From the NCBI GenBank assembly GCA_902774075.1, contig CACYGT010000001.1, positions 7,820 to 71,819 of the forward strand: DNA of 64,000 nt. The letters run 5' to 3'. This stretch comes from an uncultured Bacteroidales bacterium (lineage in GTDB: Bacteria > Bacteroidota > Bacteroidia > Bacteroidales > Paludibacteraceae). Below are positions 24,974 through 34,099 of this stretch, in pieces (position 1 is the stretch's first letter; every line of letters begins with the position of its first letter). The translations under genes and the position numbers were made by a program. The notes below the pieces were generated by a model. The model saw only the letters and a list, made by a program, of their open reading frames with translations, was not told the DNA's origin and did no database searches.

Positions 24974-26317
24974 ATGACTAAAAAATTCTATATTGAGACA
25001 TATGGCTGCCAAATGAACGTCGCGGACAGCGAAGTAGTAGCTGCTATTTTGCAGACAACGGACGCTGAGCTGACGGAACAATGGGAGGACGCCGATATCA
25101 TCTTACTCAACACCTGCTCCATCCGTGACAACGCGGAACAGAAAGTAGGCGCACGCCTTCGGGAACTCAAAGCTCTAACAGCGAAGCGGTCTAACAGTCC
25201 GAAGGACGGTCTCACTTCTAACAGGCGCAGCCGGCCTATTATCGGTGTCATCGGCTGCATGGCGGAGCGAATCGGACAGGAGTTGATTGATGATTTCGGG
25301 ATAGATTTTGTAGCCGGACCGGATGCATATCTGGACATCCCGAATCTGCTGGCGCAGTGCGAGCAAGGCCACAAGGCAATGAACGTGGAGTTGAGTACGA
25401 CCGAGACCTATCGTCAGATTATTCCGGCGCGTATCGGTCGGTCGATCAGCGGTTTTGTGTCTATCATGCGCGGCTGTAATAACTTCTGCTCCTATTGCGT
25501 AGTACCCTACACCCGCGGTCGCGAGCGCAGCCGGGACGTGGAGTCGATCCTGAACGAAGTGAAGGACCTGCAAGCCCGGGGCTACAAGGAAGTGACGCTA
25601 CTGGGCCAGAATGTCAACTCGTATAAGTTTGGAGATATCGACTTCGCCGACCTCTTGGAGATTGTAGCGGATGCTGTACCGGATATGCGTATTCGTTTTA
25701 CGACGAGTCACCCGAAGGATATGAGCGACAAGACGCTCGAGGCCATCAGTCGGCATAAGAACCTCTGTAAGTTCATTCATCTGGCTGTTCAGTCGGGTTC
25801 GAACCATATTCTCAAATTGATGAACCGCAAGTACACACGCGAATGGTATCTGGATCGCATCGCGGCTATCCGTCGTATCCTGCCCACAGCTGCTATCAGC
25901 ACCGACATCTTCTGCGGTTTCCACGATGAGACGCTCGAAGATCATGCTCAGACGCTTAGCCTGATGCGCGAGGTAGGTTTTGACAGCGCATTCATGTTCA
26001 AGTATTCGGAGCGCCCGGGTACGTATGCCCACAAGCACCTGCCGGACAATATCCCGGAAGAAGAGAAGATCCGCCGCCTGAATGAGATCATCGCCCTGCA
26101 GACCCAGTTGTCGCTTGAGTCCAACCAACGCGAGATAGGTAAGACGGTGGAAGTGCTCGTGGAAGGTTTCTCCAAACGCAGCCGGGATGACATGTACGGA
26201 CGCACAGAGCAGTACAAGACGGTAGTCTTCCCGCGTACCGACCAGAAGATCGGCGATTTCGTCAACGTACGTATTTTGGAAGCCTCAGCGGCAACATTGA
26301 GAGGCGAAATAGTATAA
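24974..26317 (+). CDS. miaB: tRNA-2-methylthio-N6-dimethylallyladenosine synthase MiaB (radical SAM methylthiotransferase)
   Basis: Starts MTKKFYIETYGCQMNVADSE (UPF0004 domain). Radical-SAM CNNFCSYC motif and a C-terminal TRAM-like domain. The ORF-track start at 24836 runs through the tRNA gene and is rejected. Confidence 0.9.
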   Translation: MTKKFYIETYGCQMNVADSEVVAAILQTTDAELTEQWEDADIILLNTCSIRDNAEQKVGARLRELKALTAKRSNSPKDGLTSNRRSRPIIGVIGCMAERIGQELIDDFGIDFVAGPDAYLDIPNLLAQCEQGHKAMNVELSTTETYRQIIPARIGRSISGFVSIMRGCNNFCSYCVVPYTRGRERSRDVESILNEVKDLQARGYKEVTLLGQNVNSYKFGDIDFADLLEIVADAVPDMRIRFTTSHPKDMSDKTLEAISRHKNLCKFIHLAVQSGSNHILKLMNRKYTREWYLDRIAAIRRILPTAAISTDIFCGFHDETLEDHAQTLSLMREVGFDSAFMFKYSERPGTYAHKHLPDNIPEEEKIRRLNEIIALQTQLSLESNQREIGKTVEVLVEGFSKRSRDDMYGRTEQYKTVVFPRTDQKIGDFVNVRILEASAATLRGEIV

Positions 26318-26351
26318 AAAGTGCGAAAAAAAACATTTTTTTGTCGAAATA

Positions 26352-26383
26352 TTTGGTTATATCAAATAAAAGCAGTACTTTTG
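26352..26383 (+). promoter_or_regulatory. Sigma-A type promoter upstream of the greA leader
   Basis: TTTG at 26352-26355, 20-nt spacer, TACTTTTG at 26376-26383. Confidence 0.6.
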
Positions 26384-26427
26384 CACTGAAAACAAAAATT
26401 TTCATAGTTAAGGTTTAGGTTTAATGG

Positions 26428-26460
26428 CGAAAGGAGGCTGTGAAGTTTCCTTTCGTTTTT
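26428..26460 (+). terminator. Intrinsic-terminator-like hairpin inside the greA leader (candidate attenuator or short sRNA 3' end)
   Basis: CGAAAGGA-ggctgtgaagtt-TCCTTTCG followed by TTTTT. It lies ~40-75 nt downstream of the predicted TSS and ~150 nt upstream of the greA ATG. Confidence 0.5.
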
Positions 26461-26502
26461 AAACAAAAAGAACAAAAATCGGGGCGGAGGCCTCCTTTTT
26501 AT

Positions 26503-26601
26503 ATGGCAGAGGAAAATCAAAATATCATTCCGGATTTGACGGATATAGAGGAGGTTCGCAAGGCGATTATTGCGAATGAGATACTAAATAGAAAATATTA
26601 A
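26503..26601 (+). CDS. Candidate micro-ORF (32 aa), MAEENQNIIPDLTDIEEVRKAIIANEILNRKY, just upstream of greA
   Basis: Hand-translated ATG..TAA ending 12 nt before the greA start. No recognisable motif and no supporting comparison available. Confidence 0.25.
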   Translation: MAEENQNIIPDLTDIEEVRKAIIANEILNRKY

Positions 26602-26613
26602 AATAATATATAC

Positions 26614-27084
26614 ATGGCAGTAACGTACATGACCGAAGAAGGTCTGCAAAAATTGAAAGAGGAGCTCCATCGTTTGGAGACAGAAGAGCGCCCACGTATC
26701 ATTGCCGCTATTGCAGAGGCACGTGAGAAGGGTGATTTGAGTGAGAACGCGGAGTATGACGCCGCAAAAGAGGCACAGGGAGTGCTGGAAACGAAGATAG
26801 CACAGATGAAAGCCCGTCTGATGGAAGCGCGTGTGTTGGACGCTGCGGATATCCGTACTGATGAGGTTCAGATCCTTACCAAAGTGCGCGTACGTATGCG
26901 CAGCACCGGTATGGTGAAGACCTATCAGCTGGTGACGGAAGGCGAGGCGAATGCGCTGGAAGGTAAGATCTCCGTGACCACTCCTATCGCCAAAGGCTTG
27001 ATGGGCAAGAAAGTGGGTGACATCGCACAAGTGCAAGTGCCGGCTGGACTGATTGAGTTTGAAATCCTTGAAATATCCCTCTAA
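26614..27084 (+). CDS. greA: Transcription elongation factor GreA
   Basis: 156 aa. MTEEGLQKLKEELHRLE..RPRIIAAIAEAREKGDLSENAEYDAAKE coiled-coil N-domain plus a C-terminal FKBP-like domain (ISVTTPIAKGLMGKKVGD). Confidence 0.95.
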   Translation: MAVTYMTEEGLQKLKEELHRLETEERPRIIAAIAEAREKGDLSENAEYDAAKEAQGVLETKIAQMKARLMEARVLDAADIRTDEVQILTKVRVRMRSTGMVKTYQLVTEGEANALEGKISVTTPIAKGLMGKKVGDIAQVQVPAGLIEFEILEISL

Positions 27085-27085
27085 T

Positions 27086-27493
27086 ATGACACTCTTTACG
27101 CGTATTATCAAAGGTGAGATCCCGAGCTACAAAGTAGCTGAGAACGACAAGAACTATGCTTTTCTGGATATCAATCCGCTGGTTAAGGGCCATACCTTGG
27201 TAGTGCCCAAACTGGCAGAGCCGGAGGCAGATTATATCTTTGACTTGACTGACGAGCAGCTTAAGAGCCTGATGACGTTTGCCAAGAAAGTAGCGAAGGG
27301 CATCAAAGCCGCAACAGGCTGTAAGCGCGTAGGTGTGGCTGTGCTGGGCATGGAGGTTAACCATGTGCATGTACATTTGGTGCCGATGAACTCGGAGAAG
27401 GATATGCTCTTTACCAACCCCAAATTATCTTTACCCGCGGAGGAAATGGCTTTCATCGCCAACTCCATCGCTGAGGCTATCGATAAAATTTAA
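27086..27493 (+). CDS. HIT-family (histidine triad) nucleotide hydrolase
   Basis: Start MTLFTRIIKGEIPSYKV one nt after the greA stop. Histidine triad HVHVHLVP. The ORF-track start at 27053 overlaps greA and is rejected. Confidence 0.9.
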   Translation: MTLFTRIIKGEIPSYKVAENDKNYAFLDINPLVKGHTLVVPKLAEPEADYIFDLTDEQLKSLMTFAKKVAKGIKAATGCKRVGVAVLGMEVNHVHVHLVPMNSEKDMLFTNPKLSLPAEEMAFIANSIAEAIDKI

Positions 27494-27525
27494 TTTTTTT
27501 TACTAACTTCAAATCACTTAACGTT

Positions 27526-27885
27526 ATGACAAAACAGGAATTAGCTGCAACATTGAACGTTGCTTATGCTGTAGCAGGCGTAGATGGCTTCGCTGATGAA
27601 GAAAAAGATCAATTGGCAAAGGAGTTGGCAAGTTACAACTTGTCGGAGGAGGATAACAATCTGATCATCCAGGCTTACAACGAGATGAGCATTCTGGAGG
27701 CTGTGAACATCATTGCACAGGCTAACGAGGATGTAAAGAAAGAGGCTTCAGCTCTTATCATCTATGCAATCATCGCTGACCGCAATGCCACGGAGATGGA
27801 GACCGGCGCTCATCGTCTAATGGTTAAACTCCTCGACCTGCCTTTGATTGAGTTCGAAGAGGCACAACGTATTTTAGGTTTCTAA
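27526..27885 (+). CDS. Small acidic helical protein (119 aa), possibly TerB-fold; function unknown
   Basis: Clean ORF followed by a strong terminator. Helical, Asp/Glu-rich pattern (VAGVDGFADEEKDQL...) weakly reminiscent of TerB-like domains. Confidence 0.5.
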   Translation: MTKQELAATLNVAYAVAGVDGFADEEKDQLAKELASYNLSEEDNNLIIQAYNEMSILEAVNIIAQANEDVKKEASALIIYAIIADRNATEMETGAHRLMVKLLDLPLIEFEEAQRILGF

Positions 27886-27888
27886 TAA

Positions 27889-27918
27889 CAAAAAATCCCG
27901 CGGTTGCGGGATTTTTTA
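27889..27918. terminator. Bidirectional intrinsic terminator
   Basis: AAAAAATCCCGC-ggtt-GCGGGATTTTTT between convergent genes (27526..27885 on + and the M13 peptidase on -). Confidence 0.85.
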
Positions 27919-29934
27919 TTACCATATTGACACCCTTTCTTCCGGGGCGATATACATAGGCGAGTCTTCTTGGACATCCCATGCCTCGTACCATGCGCCG
28001 ATCTGCGGCAGGGCGCCGTTCACACGCCATCTGCCGAGCGAGTGCGGGTCAGATTTTGTGCGCTGGAGAATCTCCTCGGGGCGGATATTTCCCGCCCATA
28101 CGTTGGCGTACGCGAGGAAGAAACGCTGTGCCGGCGTAAAGCCATCGCGTTTCTGTAAGCGCTCGGTCTCCGGCTTTGCGGCTTCGTTGTTGCAGAACGC
28201 CAGATAGGACACCTGCAAGCCTCCGTGGTCGGCGATGTTCTCACCCAGCGTGAAGGCGCCGTTAGCGTGCACACCCGGAGCTACCTCGATCTTGTTGAAC
28301 GCCTCCTCCATCACTTTTGTGCGGGCGTCGAAAGCCGCCTTGTCTTCGGCTGTCCACCAATTGACCATGTTACCGTCCTTGTCGAACTGACAGCCTTGGT
28401 CGTCAAAGCCGTGCGTCATCTCATGACCGATCACCACACCGATAGCGCCGTAGTTGAACGCATCGTCTGCGCGCATATCAAAGAACGGATACTGAAGAAT
28501 ACCGGCCGGGAAGCATATCTCGTTGGACGAGGGGTTATAGTACGCGTTCACGGTCTGCGGGGTCATATACCACTTGGTCTTATCCACCGGTTTGCCTAAG
28601 AAACTGAGGCTGTAGTCCTGCTCGAACTTCGCTGCACGCTGGAGGTTGGCATAGTAGGTGTCAGCTGCATTGATATCCAGCGCCGTATAGTCGCGCCAGG
28701 TGTCCGGATAGCCGATCTTAATGGTCATCGCGTTCAGTTTCCCGAGTGCTTTGGCTTTGGTCTCAGCCGACATCCACGCGAGGTTCTCAATACGTTGACC
28801 GAGCGCCTTCTGGAGATTATGTACCAGTGCCAGCATACGCGCTTTGTTCTCCTCCGGGAAATACTTCTTGACGTACATCTGTCCTACCGCTTCGCCGAGT
28901 GTTCCGTTGACCATGCTCACCGCACGTTTCCACAGCGGACTCGGTTCTTCTTTTCCGGACAGAACGCGGCCGTAGAAATCAAACGAAGCCATGAAGATCT
29001 CATTGGTCAGGAACGATGCTGCACCGTCAATGACCTGCCAAGCGAACAAGGTCTTGAGGTCCTCGAGCGGTTCGTCAGCCAGCATCCGACCGGCTTCCTG
29101 GAGATGAGGGATCTGACCGACAGAGAGGCTGTCGAGCGTAACACCCATCGCGAAGAAATACGTTCTCCAATCGACCTGCGGAACCAGTTTCTGCAGTTCG
29201 TCGATAGACAGCTTGTTGTAGTTACGCTGCGGGTCGCGGAGCTCTACATTGGAGTAAGCGGCTTTGGCCAGACGGGTCTCCATACGCAGAACGGTCTGCG
29301 CACGCGCAGCGGCATTGTCATACTCAAAGAGCGTGAACAGCTTCTCGATATATTTGACATACGCCTCGCGGATCGAGCGGGTGTGCTCGTCCTCGTCCAG
29401 GTAGTACTCTTTCTCTCCGAGTGCAAAACCGGCCTGGTACTCGTTGAGGATGTTCATGGAGCTGTTCATCGCATCCGCGTCCACGTACATCGCCCATAAC
29501 TGGAAGTCCATGGCTTTACCGAGCACCTCGGATAACTGGTCGCGGGACTGAATAGCGTCTATCTCAGCGAGGGTCGGTAACACCGGAGCGATACCTTCCC
29601 GGTCACGGCGCGCCGTGTCCATCGCGAGGTTGTAGACATCGCCTATCTTCTGCGCAATAGAGCCCTGCTCGTGTTGCTTGGCAGCAATGTCTTTGATGAG
29701 TCCATTCACTTGCTCCAAGTTCTGCAAGCCCAGTTTGTCAAACGAGCCGAAGCGGCTATACTCCGGGGTAAGAGGGTTGTTGGCCATCCAGCCGCCACAA
29801 GCGAACTGATAGAAATCGCATTGTGGAGCGGCGGTCATGTCTAAGTTAGCCAGGTCAATACCTGTTGTCTGTTGTTTAGTGCATGCTGTTGTCATAAGTA
29901 CAAACGCTGCAAGCGTAAAAAGAATTTTTTTCAT
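27919..29934 (-). CDS. pepO: M13-family zinc metallo-endopeptidase lipoprotein (PepO / neprilysin-like)
   Basis: Start MKKILFTLAAFVLMTTAC (lipobox) at 29934. HEMTHGFD zinc motif, NAYY, GENIADHGG, C-terminal ..ERVSIW. The longer ORF-track N-terminus (to 30201) overlaps the feoB-like gene and is rejected. Confidence 0.9.
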   Translation of the reverse strand: MKKILFTLAAFVLMTTACTKQQTTGIDLANLDMTAAPQCDFYQFACGGWMANNPLTPEYSRFGSFDKLGLQNLEQVNGLIKDIAAKQHEQGSIAQKIGDVYNLAMDTARRDREGIAPVLPTLAEIDAIQSRDQLSEVLGKAMDFQLWAMYVDADAMNSSMNILNEYQAGFALGEKEYYLDEDEHTRSIREAYVKYIEKLFTLFEYDNAAARAQTVLRMETRLAKAAYSNVELRDPQRNYNKLSIDELQKLVPQVDWRTYFFAMGVTLDSLSVGQIPHLQEAGRMLADEPLEDLKTLFAWQVIDGAASFLTNEIFMASFDFYGRVLSGKEEPSPLWKRAVSMVNGTLGEAVGQMYVKKYFPEENKARMLALVHNLQKALGQRIENLAWMSAETKAKALGKLNAMTIKIGYPDTWRDYTALDINAADTYYANLQRAAKFEQDYSLSFLGKPVDKTKWYMTPQTVNAYYNPSSNEICFPAGILQYPFFDMRADDAFNYGAIGVVIGHEMTHGFDDQGCQFDKDGNMVNWWTAEDKAAFDARTKVMEEAFNKIEVAPGVHANGAFTLGENIADHGGLQVSYLAFCNNEAAKPETERLQKRDGFTPAQRFFLAYANVWAGNIRPEEILQRTKSDPHSLGRWRVNGALPQIGAWYEAWDVQEDSPMYIAPEERVSIW

Positions 29935-31604
29935 ATAAATAATAAACCTATTTGATAGACGAGGAACGAGATCAGCCATGCGAGGATCAGGGAGTGAAAG
30001 ACGGTGAACCACGCCCACTGTTTGCCGGCTTCCCGATGGAGCGTGGCGATGGTGGCTACGCAGGGGAAGTAGAGTAGCACGAAGAGCATGAAGCTGAATG
30101 CCGTCAGCGGTGTAAAACCGGCCGCGGTGATGTCTCCACCATAGAGGATAGCCAGGGTCGAGACGATGGCTTCTTTTGCGGGCAGACCGGTCAGGAGACA
30201 TACCGACATCTTCCAGTCAAAGCCCAGCGGCTCCATGAGCGGGGAGACGAACTGACCGATAGCAGCCAGATACGAGTGCTCCAGGTCGTTGAGATCCTGC
30301 GTCGGGAAATACTCGAGTGCCCAGATGATGATAGATGCCCACAGGATGACCGTGCATATCTTCTGCAGATAGTCCGCCACGCGCTCCCAGATATGCGCCG
30401 CCGTGTTACGCGCCTTGGGGATACGGAACTCAGGTAACTCGTTGACCGTATCGTCATTATCCTGTTTGAACCACCGCGTGCGCTTCATGATGATGGCGAA
30501 AATCACGGACAGACAGATACCTATCGCATAGAGCGAGATCATCACCAGCGCTTTGTGGCGCTCAAAGAACGTATCCACGAACAGCATATAGACCGGCAGA
30601 CGGGCCGAGCAGGACATGAACGGCACCATGAGCATGGTCAGCACACGGTCCTTGGGGTTCTGGATGTCACGCGCGGCCATGATCGCCGGCACGTTGCAAC
30701 CGAAGCCCATCAGCATCGGAATAAAACTACGTCCGTGCAAGCCCACGCGGTGCATGATCGTATCCATGATAAACGCCTCACGGGCCATGTATCCGGAGTC
30801 CTCCATGAGCGAGATAAAGAAGAAGAGGATGATGATGTTTGGTACGAACGCGAGCACTGCGCCCACTCCGGCTAACACGCCGTCTATCAGCAGTGAGGAG
30901 AACCAACCTTCGGCCATGACACCTCTCGCCCATTCGCTCAACCAATCCACGCCGCTCTCAATCCACTCCTGCGGATACGCACCGAGCGTGAACGTGCACC
31001 AGAATACGAGATAGAGGATAGCCATCATGATCGGGAAACCCAACCACGGGTTCGTCAGCACCTTATCGATCTTCTCCAGCCGCGTCTGATGCTTGTCATC
31101 TTTCGCATGCGTGAGCGTCTCTGTCAAAATACCGTGCACATACGCGCGGTAGGTATCTTCATCACCCTCCTGGTCACGCAGGTGGTAGATAGGGTGCGCC
31201 TTGGATACAGGCCGAGCTGCCACTTCCTGCAGCAGTGACAAGCAGTTAGGCAGACCGTAGTTCAGTCGCACGGAGACACGGCAGGTAGGTACACCGATCA
31301 GTTGCTCCAACTTAGGGATATTGAGCGAGTGGTCGGTCTTGAGCAAGAGGTCATACCGACCGATGGCCAGAACGATTTTCTCCTGCTCATCGATGATATG
31401 GGGCGTGAGCATCAGGGACTCCTCCAGGCGTGTGGAGTCCACCACCTGCAGGATCACATCATAGGAATGGCCATGTAGCTCGTCGGAGTTATATAACTCC
31501 GTGAAATGCATCGCTCGCTGTTCCTTATCCGCCAAGGATTGTAAGGCTTGGCTCAGGGAACTTTTTCCGCTCTGCGGAAGCCCTATGACCGCAATCTGAA
31601 TCAC
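29931..31604 (-). CDS. feoB: FeoB-family transporter (557 aa) with a shortened, degenerate N-terminal G domain
   Basis: Membrane core matches FeoB signatures (NPWLGFPIMMAILYLVF, FVPNIIILFFFISLMEDSGYMAREAFIMD, GFGCNVPAIMAARD, MSCSARLPVY). The N-terminus keeps only a P-loop (GLPQSGKS). GTG start; TGA overlaps the pepO ATG. Confidence 0.8.
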   Translation of the reverse strand: MIQIAVIGLPQSGKSSLSQALQSLADKEQRAMHFTELYNSDELHGHSYDVILQVVDSTRLEESLMLTPHIIDEQEKIVLAIGRYDLLLKTDHSLNIPKLEQLIGVPTCRVSVRLNYGLPNCLSLLQEVAARPVSKAHPIYHLRDQEGDEDTYRAYVHGILTETLTHAKDDKHQTRLEKIDKVLTNPWLGFPIMMAILYLVFWCTFTLGAYPQEWIESGVDWLSEWARGVMAEGWFSSLLIDGVLAGVGAVLAFVPNIIILFFFISLMEDSGYMAREAFIMDTIMHRVGLHGRSFIPMLMGFGCNVPAIMAARDIQNPKDRVLTMLMVPFMSCSARLPVYMLFVDTFFERHKALVMISLYAIGICLSVIFAIIMKRTRWFKQDNDDTVNELPEFRIPKARNTAAHIWERVADYLQKICTVILWASIIIWALEYFPTQDLNDLEHSYLAAIGQFVSPLMEPLGFDWKMSVCLLTGLPAKEAIVSTLAILYGGDITAAGFTPLTAFSFMLFVLLYFPCVATIATLHREAGKQWAWFTVFHSLILAWLISFLVYQIGLLFI

Positions 31605-31632
31605 GCTTTTCTTTTTCTCTTAATTGCGGCTG

Positions 31633-31664
31633 CAAAATTACTGCTTTTTCTGCACATACACAAT
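31633..31664 (-). promoter_or_regulatory. Sigma-A type promoter for the feoB-like/pepO unit (minus strand)
   Basis: Reverse complement reads ATTGTGTATGTGCAGAAAAAGCAGTAATTTTG. The -7 box TAATTTTG is at 31633-31640. Confidence 0.55.
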
Positions 31665-31714
31665 ACCTATTTATGGGGATTTTATGCAAATAGCGCGATA
31701 AAGTGCACATAAGT

Positions 31715-31746
31715 CTTGCATATTTCAAAAAAATGTAGTAAATTTG
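31715..31746 (+). promoter_or_regulatory. Sigma-A type promoter for the six-gene signalling operon
   Basis: CTTGCATAT at 31715-31723, A7 spacer tract, TAAATTTG at 31739-31746. The ATG is at 31765. Confidence 0.6.
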
Positions 31747-31764
31747 CAGCGAATTTGAACGAAT

Positions 31765-33798
31765 ATGGCTCAGAAGAAGAATCTTTCAGGTATATGGATC
31801 ATGGTGGTAGCCGCCATTTTGCTGGAGGCTATCTCGTGCGTGATGTATTTCACCAGTCGTGCGGCAATCAAGCATGAAGCCGAACAGCTGGCCAAGACAG
31901 AGTTGCGCAAAGCAGAACTGGAGATCGAGAATCATACCATCGAGATGGAGACGGCCGTGAAGACCTTGGTGATGCTGAGCGAGAAACACATCGATTATCC
32001 GGATTCTATTTTCTCCGCTACGCGCCTGGCTGTCCGGACACTGAACGACTACACCAGCATGGCGGTAGCGTTTGTTCCCAATTACTACCGCAAGCAAGGC
32101 CGATGGTTCGAGGCGTGCAGCAGCCGTATCACAGAAGACAGCGTTTATACGCGCCAGATAGGCAGTGCGGAGCACGATTATTTCCAAGCCGAGTGGTATC
32201 AGAACGGTTTCTTGCGTGACAGCTGCTGGTGGAGCGAGCCGTATCTGGATGATTCGGGTTCGAAGACATGGGTGGTCAGTTGTTCGCACCCGGTACGTGA
32301 CCGCAAAGGCGAGATCGTGGCCGTTGTATGCTGCGACTTATCCTTGGATTATTTGCAAAAGGTATCGGAATACCTGCAGATCTACCCCAAGAGCCACTAT
32401 TCGATTCATTCGCATGACGGATTGGCTATTGTTCCTACTCCCGACACGATCCCCGGCGCCAAGTATCAGATCTACAACGAAGAGATCGATGCCACCGGTT
32501 GGCAGATATCAATTATCATTCCGGAAGATGTCATTTTTGCCGATTTGAACCGCATGGGATTGATCATCGGAATACTGATGATTATCGGTTTGGCGGTGCT
32601 GGCGTTGATGGTATGGCATTCGGCTATCACTACTCGTAAGATGATTGATTTTGCGGAAAAGAACCAACGTATAGAAGGCGAACTGGAAGTGGCACAGACG
32701 ATACAGAATGCGATGTTGCCGAAGGTCTTCCCGCCCTTTACGGACCGCCCGGATATCAACCTCTATGGTATGGTCGATCCCGCCAAGGAGATAGGCGGTG
32801 ACCTATATGATTTCTATATCCGTCACGGCAAGCTCTTCTTCTGCGTAGGTGACGTGAGCGGCAAGGGTGTTCCCGCGGCGCTGGTGATGGCGATGACGCG
32901 TTCGCTATTCCGCAGTATCACGGCGCACGAGGAGGCACCGGACTTGATCATGCGCAAGATGAACAGGGCGTTGGTGGACCAGAATGCACAGAATATGTTC
33001 CTTACTTTTTTCCTGGGTATTCTGGATTGCGAAACGGGACGGTTGGATTATTGTAATGCAGGGCATAACGCGCCTGTTTTGATTCGTCGTGAAGGCACCA
33101 AGATGGAGCATTTTGAGGATCTGATATCTAACTTACCGTTAGGTGTAGAGACGGATTTTGTTTTCAAGGCGCAACACACACAAATGGCCTACGACGACGT
33201 GCTGTTCCTCTATACGGACGGACTGACGGAGGCGGAGAAGAGCGACCACGAGCAGTACGGCGAAGAGCGGATGTACAAGGCCCTGGAGGCCGACGAGGCA
33301 AGAGACCTATCGCCGCGTGAACTGGTGGCGCACATGCAGCACGAGGTGGAGCAGTTCGTGGACGGCGCCCCGCAGAGCGATGATTTGACGATGTTGGTAG
33401 TTCGCTATCAGAAGCCCTCTCTGTTCATGCGCAACGACATCCAGCAGATTCCTACCTTGGCCGAATGGATCGAAGGATTGGATCTCCCGACCGAACTGAG
33501 TATGCCGATTAACCTGGCGCTGGAGGAGGCGGTGAGCAACGTGATGCTGTACGCCTATCCCGGGCAGCACGGACAGGTCTTGATCGAGTTCTCCAAAGAG
33601 AAGAGTATCATCTTCACTATCACCGACAGCGGAATACCGTTTGACCCCACTCAACAACGCGAGGCCGACACGACCCTGTCGCTGGAAGAGCGGCAGATAG
33701 GCGGATTGGGTATTCACCTCGTACGCCAATTGATGGACGAGATCTATTATCGCCGCGAAGATAACAAAAACGTATTGACTTTAATTAAACATATATGA
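31765..33798 (+). CDS. Membrane sensor fusion: extracytoplasmic domain + PP2C/SpoIIE-type Ser phosphatase + RsbW/SpoIIAB-type anti-sigma-like Ser kinase (HATPase)
   Basis: 677 aa with two TM segments (IWIMVVAAILLEAISCVMYF and GLIIGILMIIGLAVLALMVW) flanking a ~250-aa domain. PP2C motifs GGDLYDF, GDVSGKGVPAALVMA, YTDGLTEA, SDDLTMLVV. C-terminal ATPase motifs EEAVSNVMLYAY (N-box), DSGIPFDP, GGLGIHLVRQLMD. Confidence 0.85.
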   Translation: MAQKKNLSGIWIMVVAAILLEAISCVMYFTSRAAIKHEAEQLAKTELRKAELEIENHTIEMETAVKTLVMLSEKHIDYPDSIFSATRLAVRTLNDYTSMAVAFVPNYYRKQGRWFEACSSRITEDSVYTRQIGSAEHDYFQAEWYQNGFLRDSCWWSEPYLDDSGSKTWVVSCSHPVRDRKGEIVAVVCCDLSLDYLQKVSEYLQIYPKSHYSIHSHDGLAIVPTPDTIPGAKYQIYNEEIDATGWQISIIIPEDVIFADLNRMGLIIGILMIIGLAVLALMVWHSAITTRKMIDFAEKNQRIEGELEVAQTIQNAMLPKVFPPFTDRPDINLYGMVDPAKEIGGDLYDFYIRHGKLFFCVGDVSGKGVPAALVMAMTRSLFRSITAHEEAPDLIMRKMNRALVDQNAQNMFLTFFLGILDCETGRLDYCNAGHNAPVLIRREGTKMEHFEDLISNLPLGVETDFVFKAQHTQMAYDDVLFLYTDGLTEAEKSDHEQYGEERMYKALEADEARDLSPRELVAHMQHEVEQFVDGAPQSDDLTMLVVRYQKPSLFMRNDIQQIPTLAEWIEGLDLPTELSMPINLALEEAVSNVMLYAYPGQHGQVLIEFSKEKSIIFTITDSGIPFDPTQQREADTTLSLEERQIGGLGIHLVRQLMDEIYYRREDNKNVLTLIKHI

Positions 33799-34097
33799 AA
33801 ACAGAAATTGTAGAATCCGGTAACCAACTTATTGCCCGTTTCTCCGGTCGTTTGGACACCGCGGCCGCTGTGCAGACGGCAGAGGATGTCAAGCCTTTGC
33901 TGGAAGCCGCTAACAAGGAGATTATCCTGGACTGCACCGCCTTGGAGTATATCTCTTCGTCGGGTCTGCGTATCTTCCTCAGCATCCGCAAGGAGGCTGC
34001 AACCAACGGCAGTAAGGTGATTGTACGCAACATCAACGCCGACATCCGCCAAGTATTCATGATGACGGGATTTGTCAGTCTCTTCGTAATCGAATAA
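33795..34097 (+). CDS. STAS-domain anti-sigma-factor-antagonist-like protein (RsbV/SpoIIAA family)
   Basis: 100 aa. LDCTALEYISSSGLRIFL carries the conserved phosphorylatable Ser. ATGA overlap with the upstream gene. Confidence 0.85.
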   Translation: MKTEIVESGNQLIARFSGRLDTAAAVQTAEDVKPLLEAANKEIILDCTALEYISSSGLRIFLSIRKEAATNGSKVIVRNINADIRQVFMMTGFVSLFVIE

Positions 34098-34099
34098 GT

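Noticed and set aside
29935-30201. N-terminal 89-aa extension of the M13 peptidase ORF.
   Set aside because: It overlaps the feoB-like coding region and is Arg/His-rich nonsense. The lipoprotein signal MKKILFTLAAFVLMTTAC starts at 29934, exactly overlapping the feoB-like stop.
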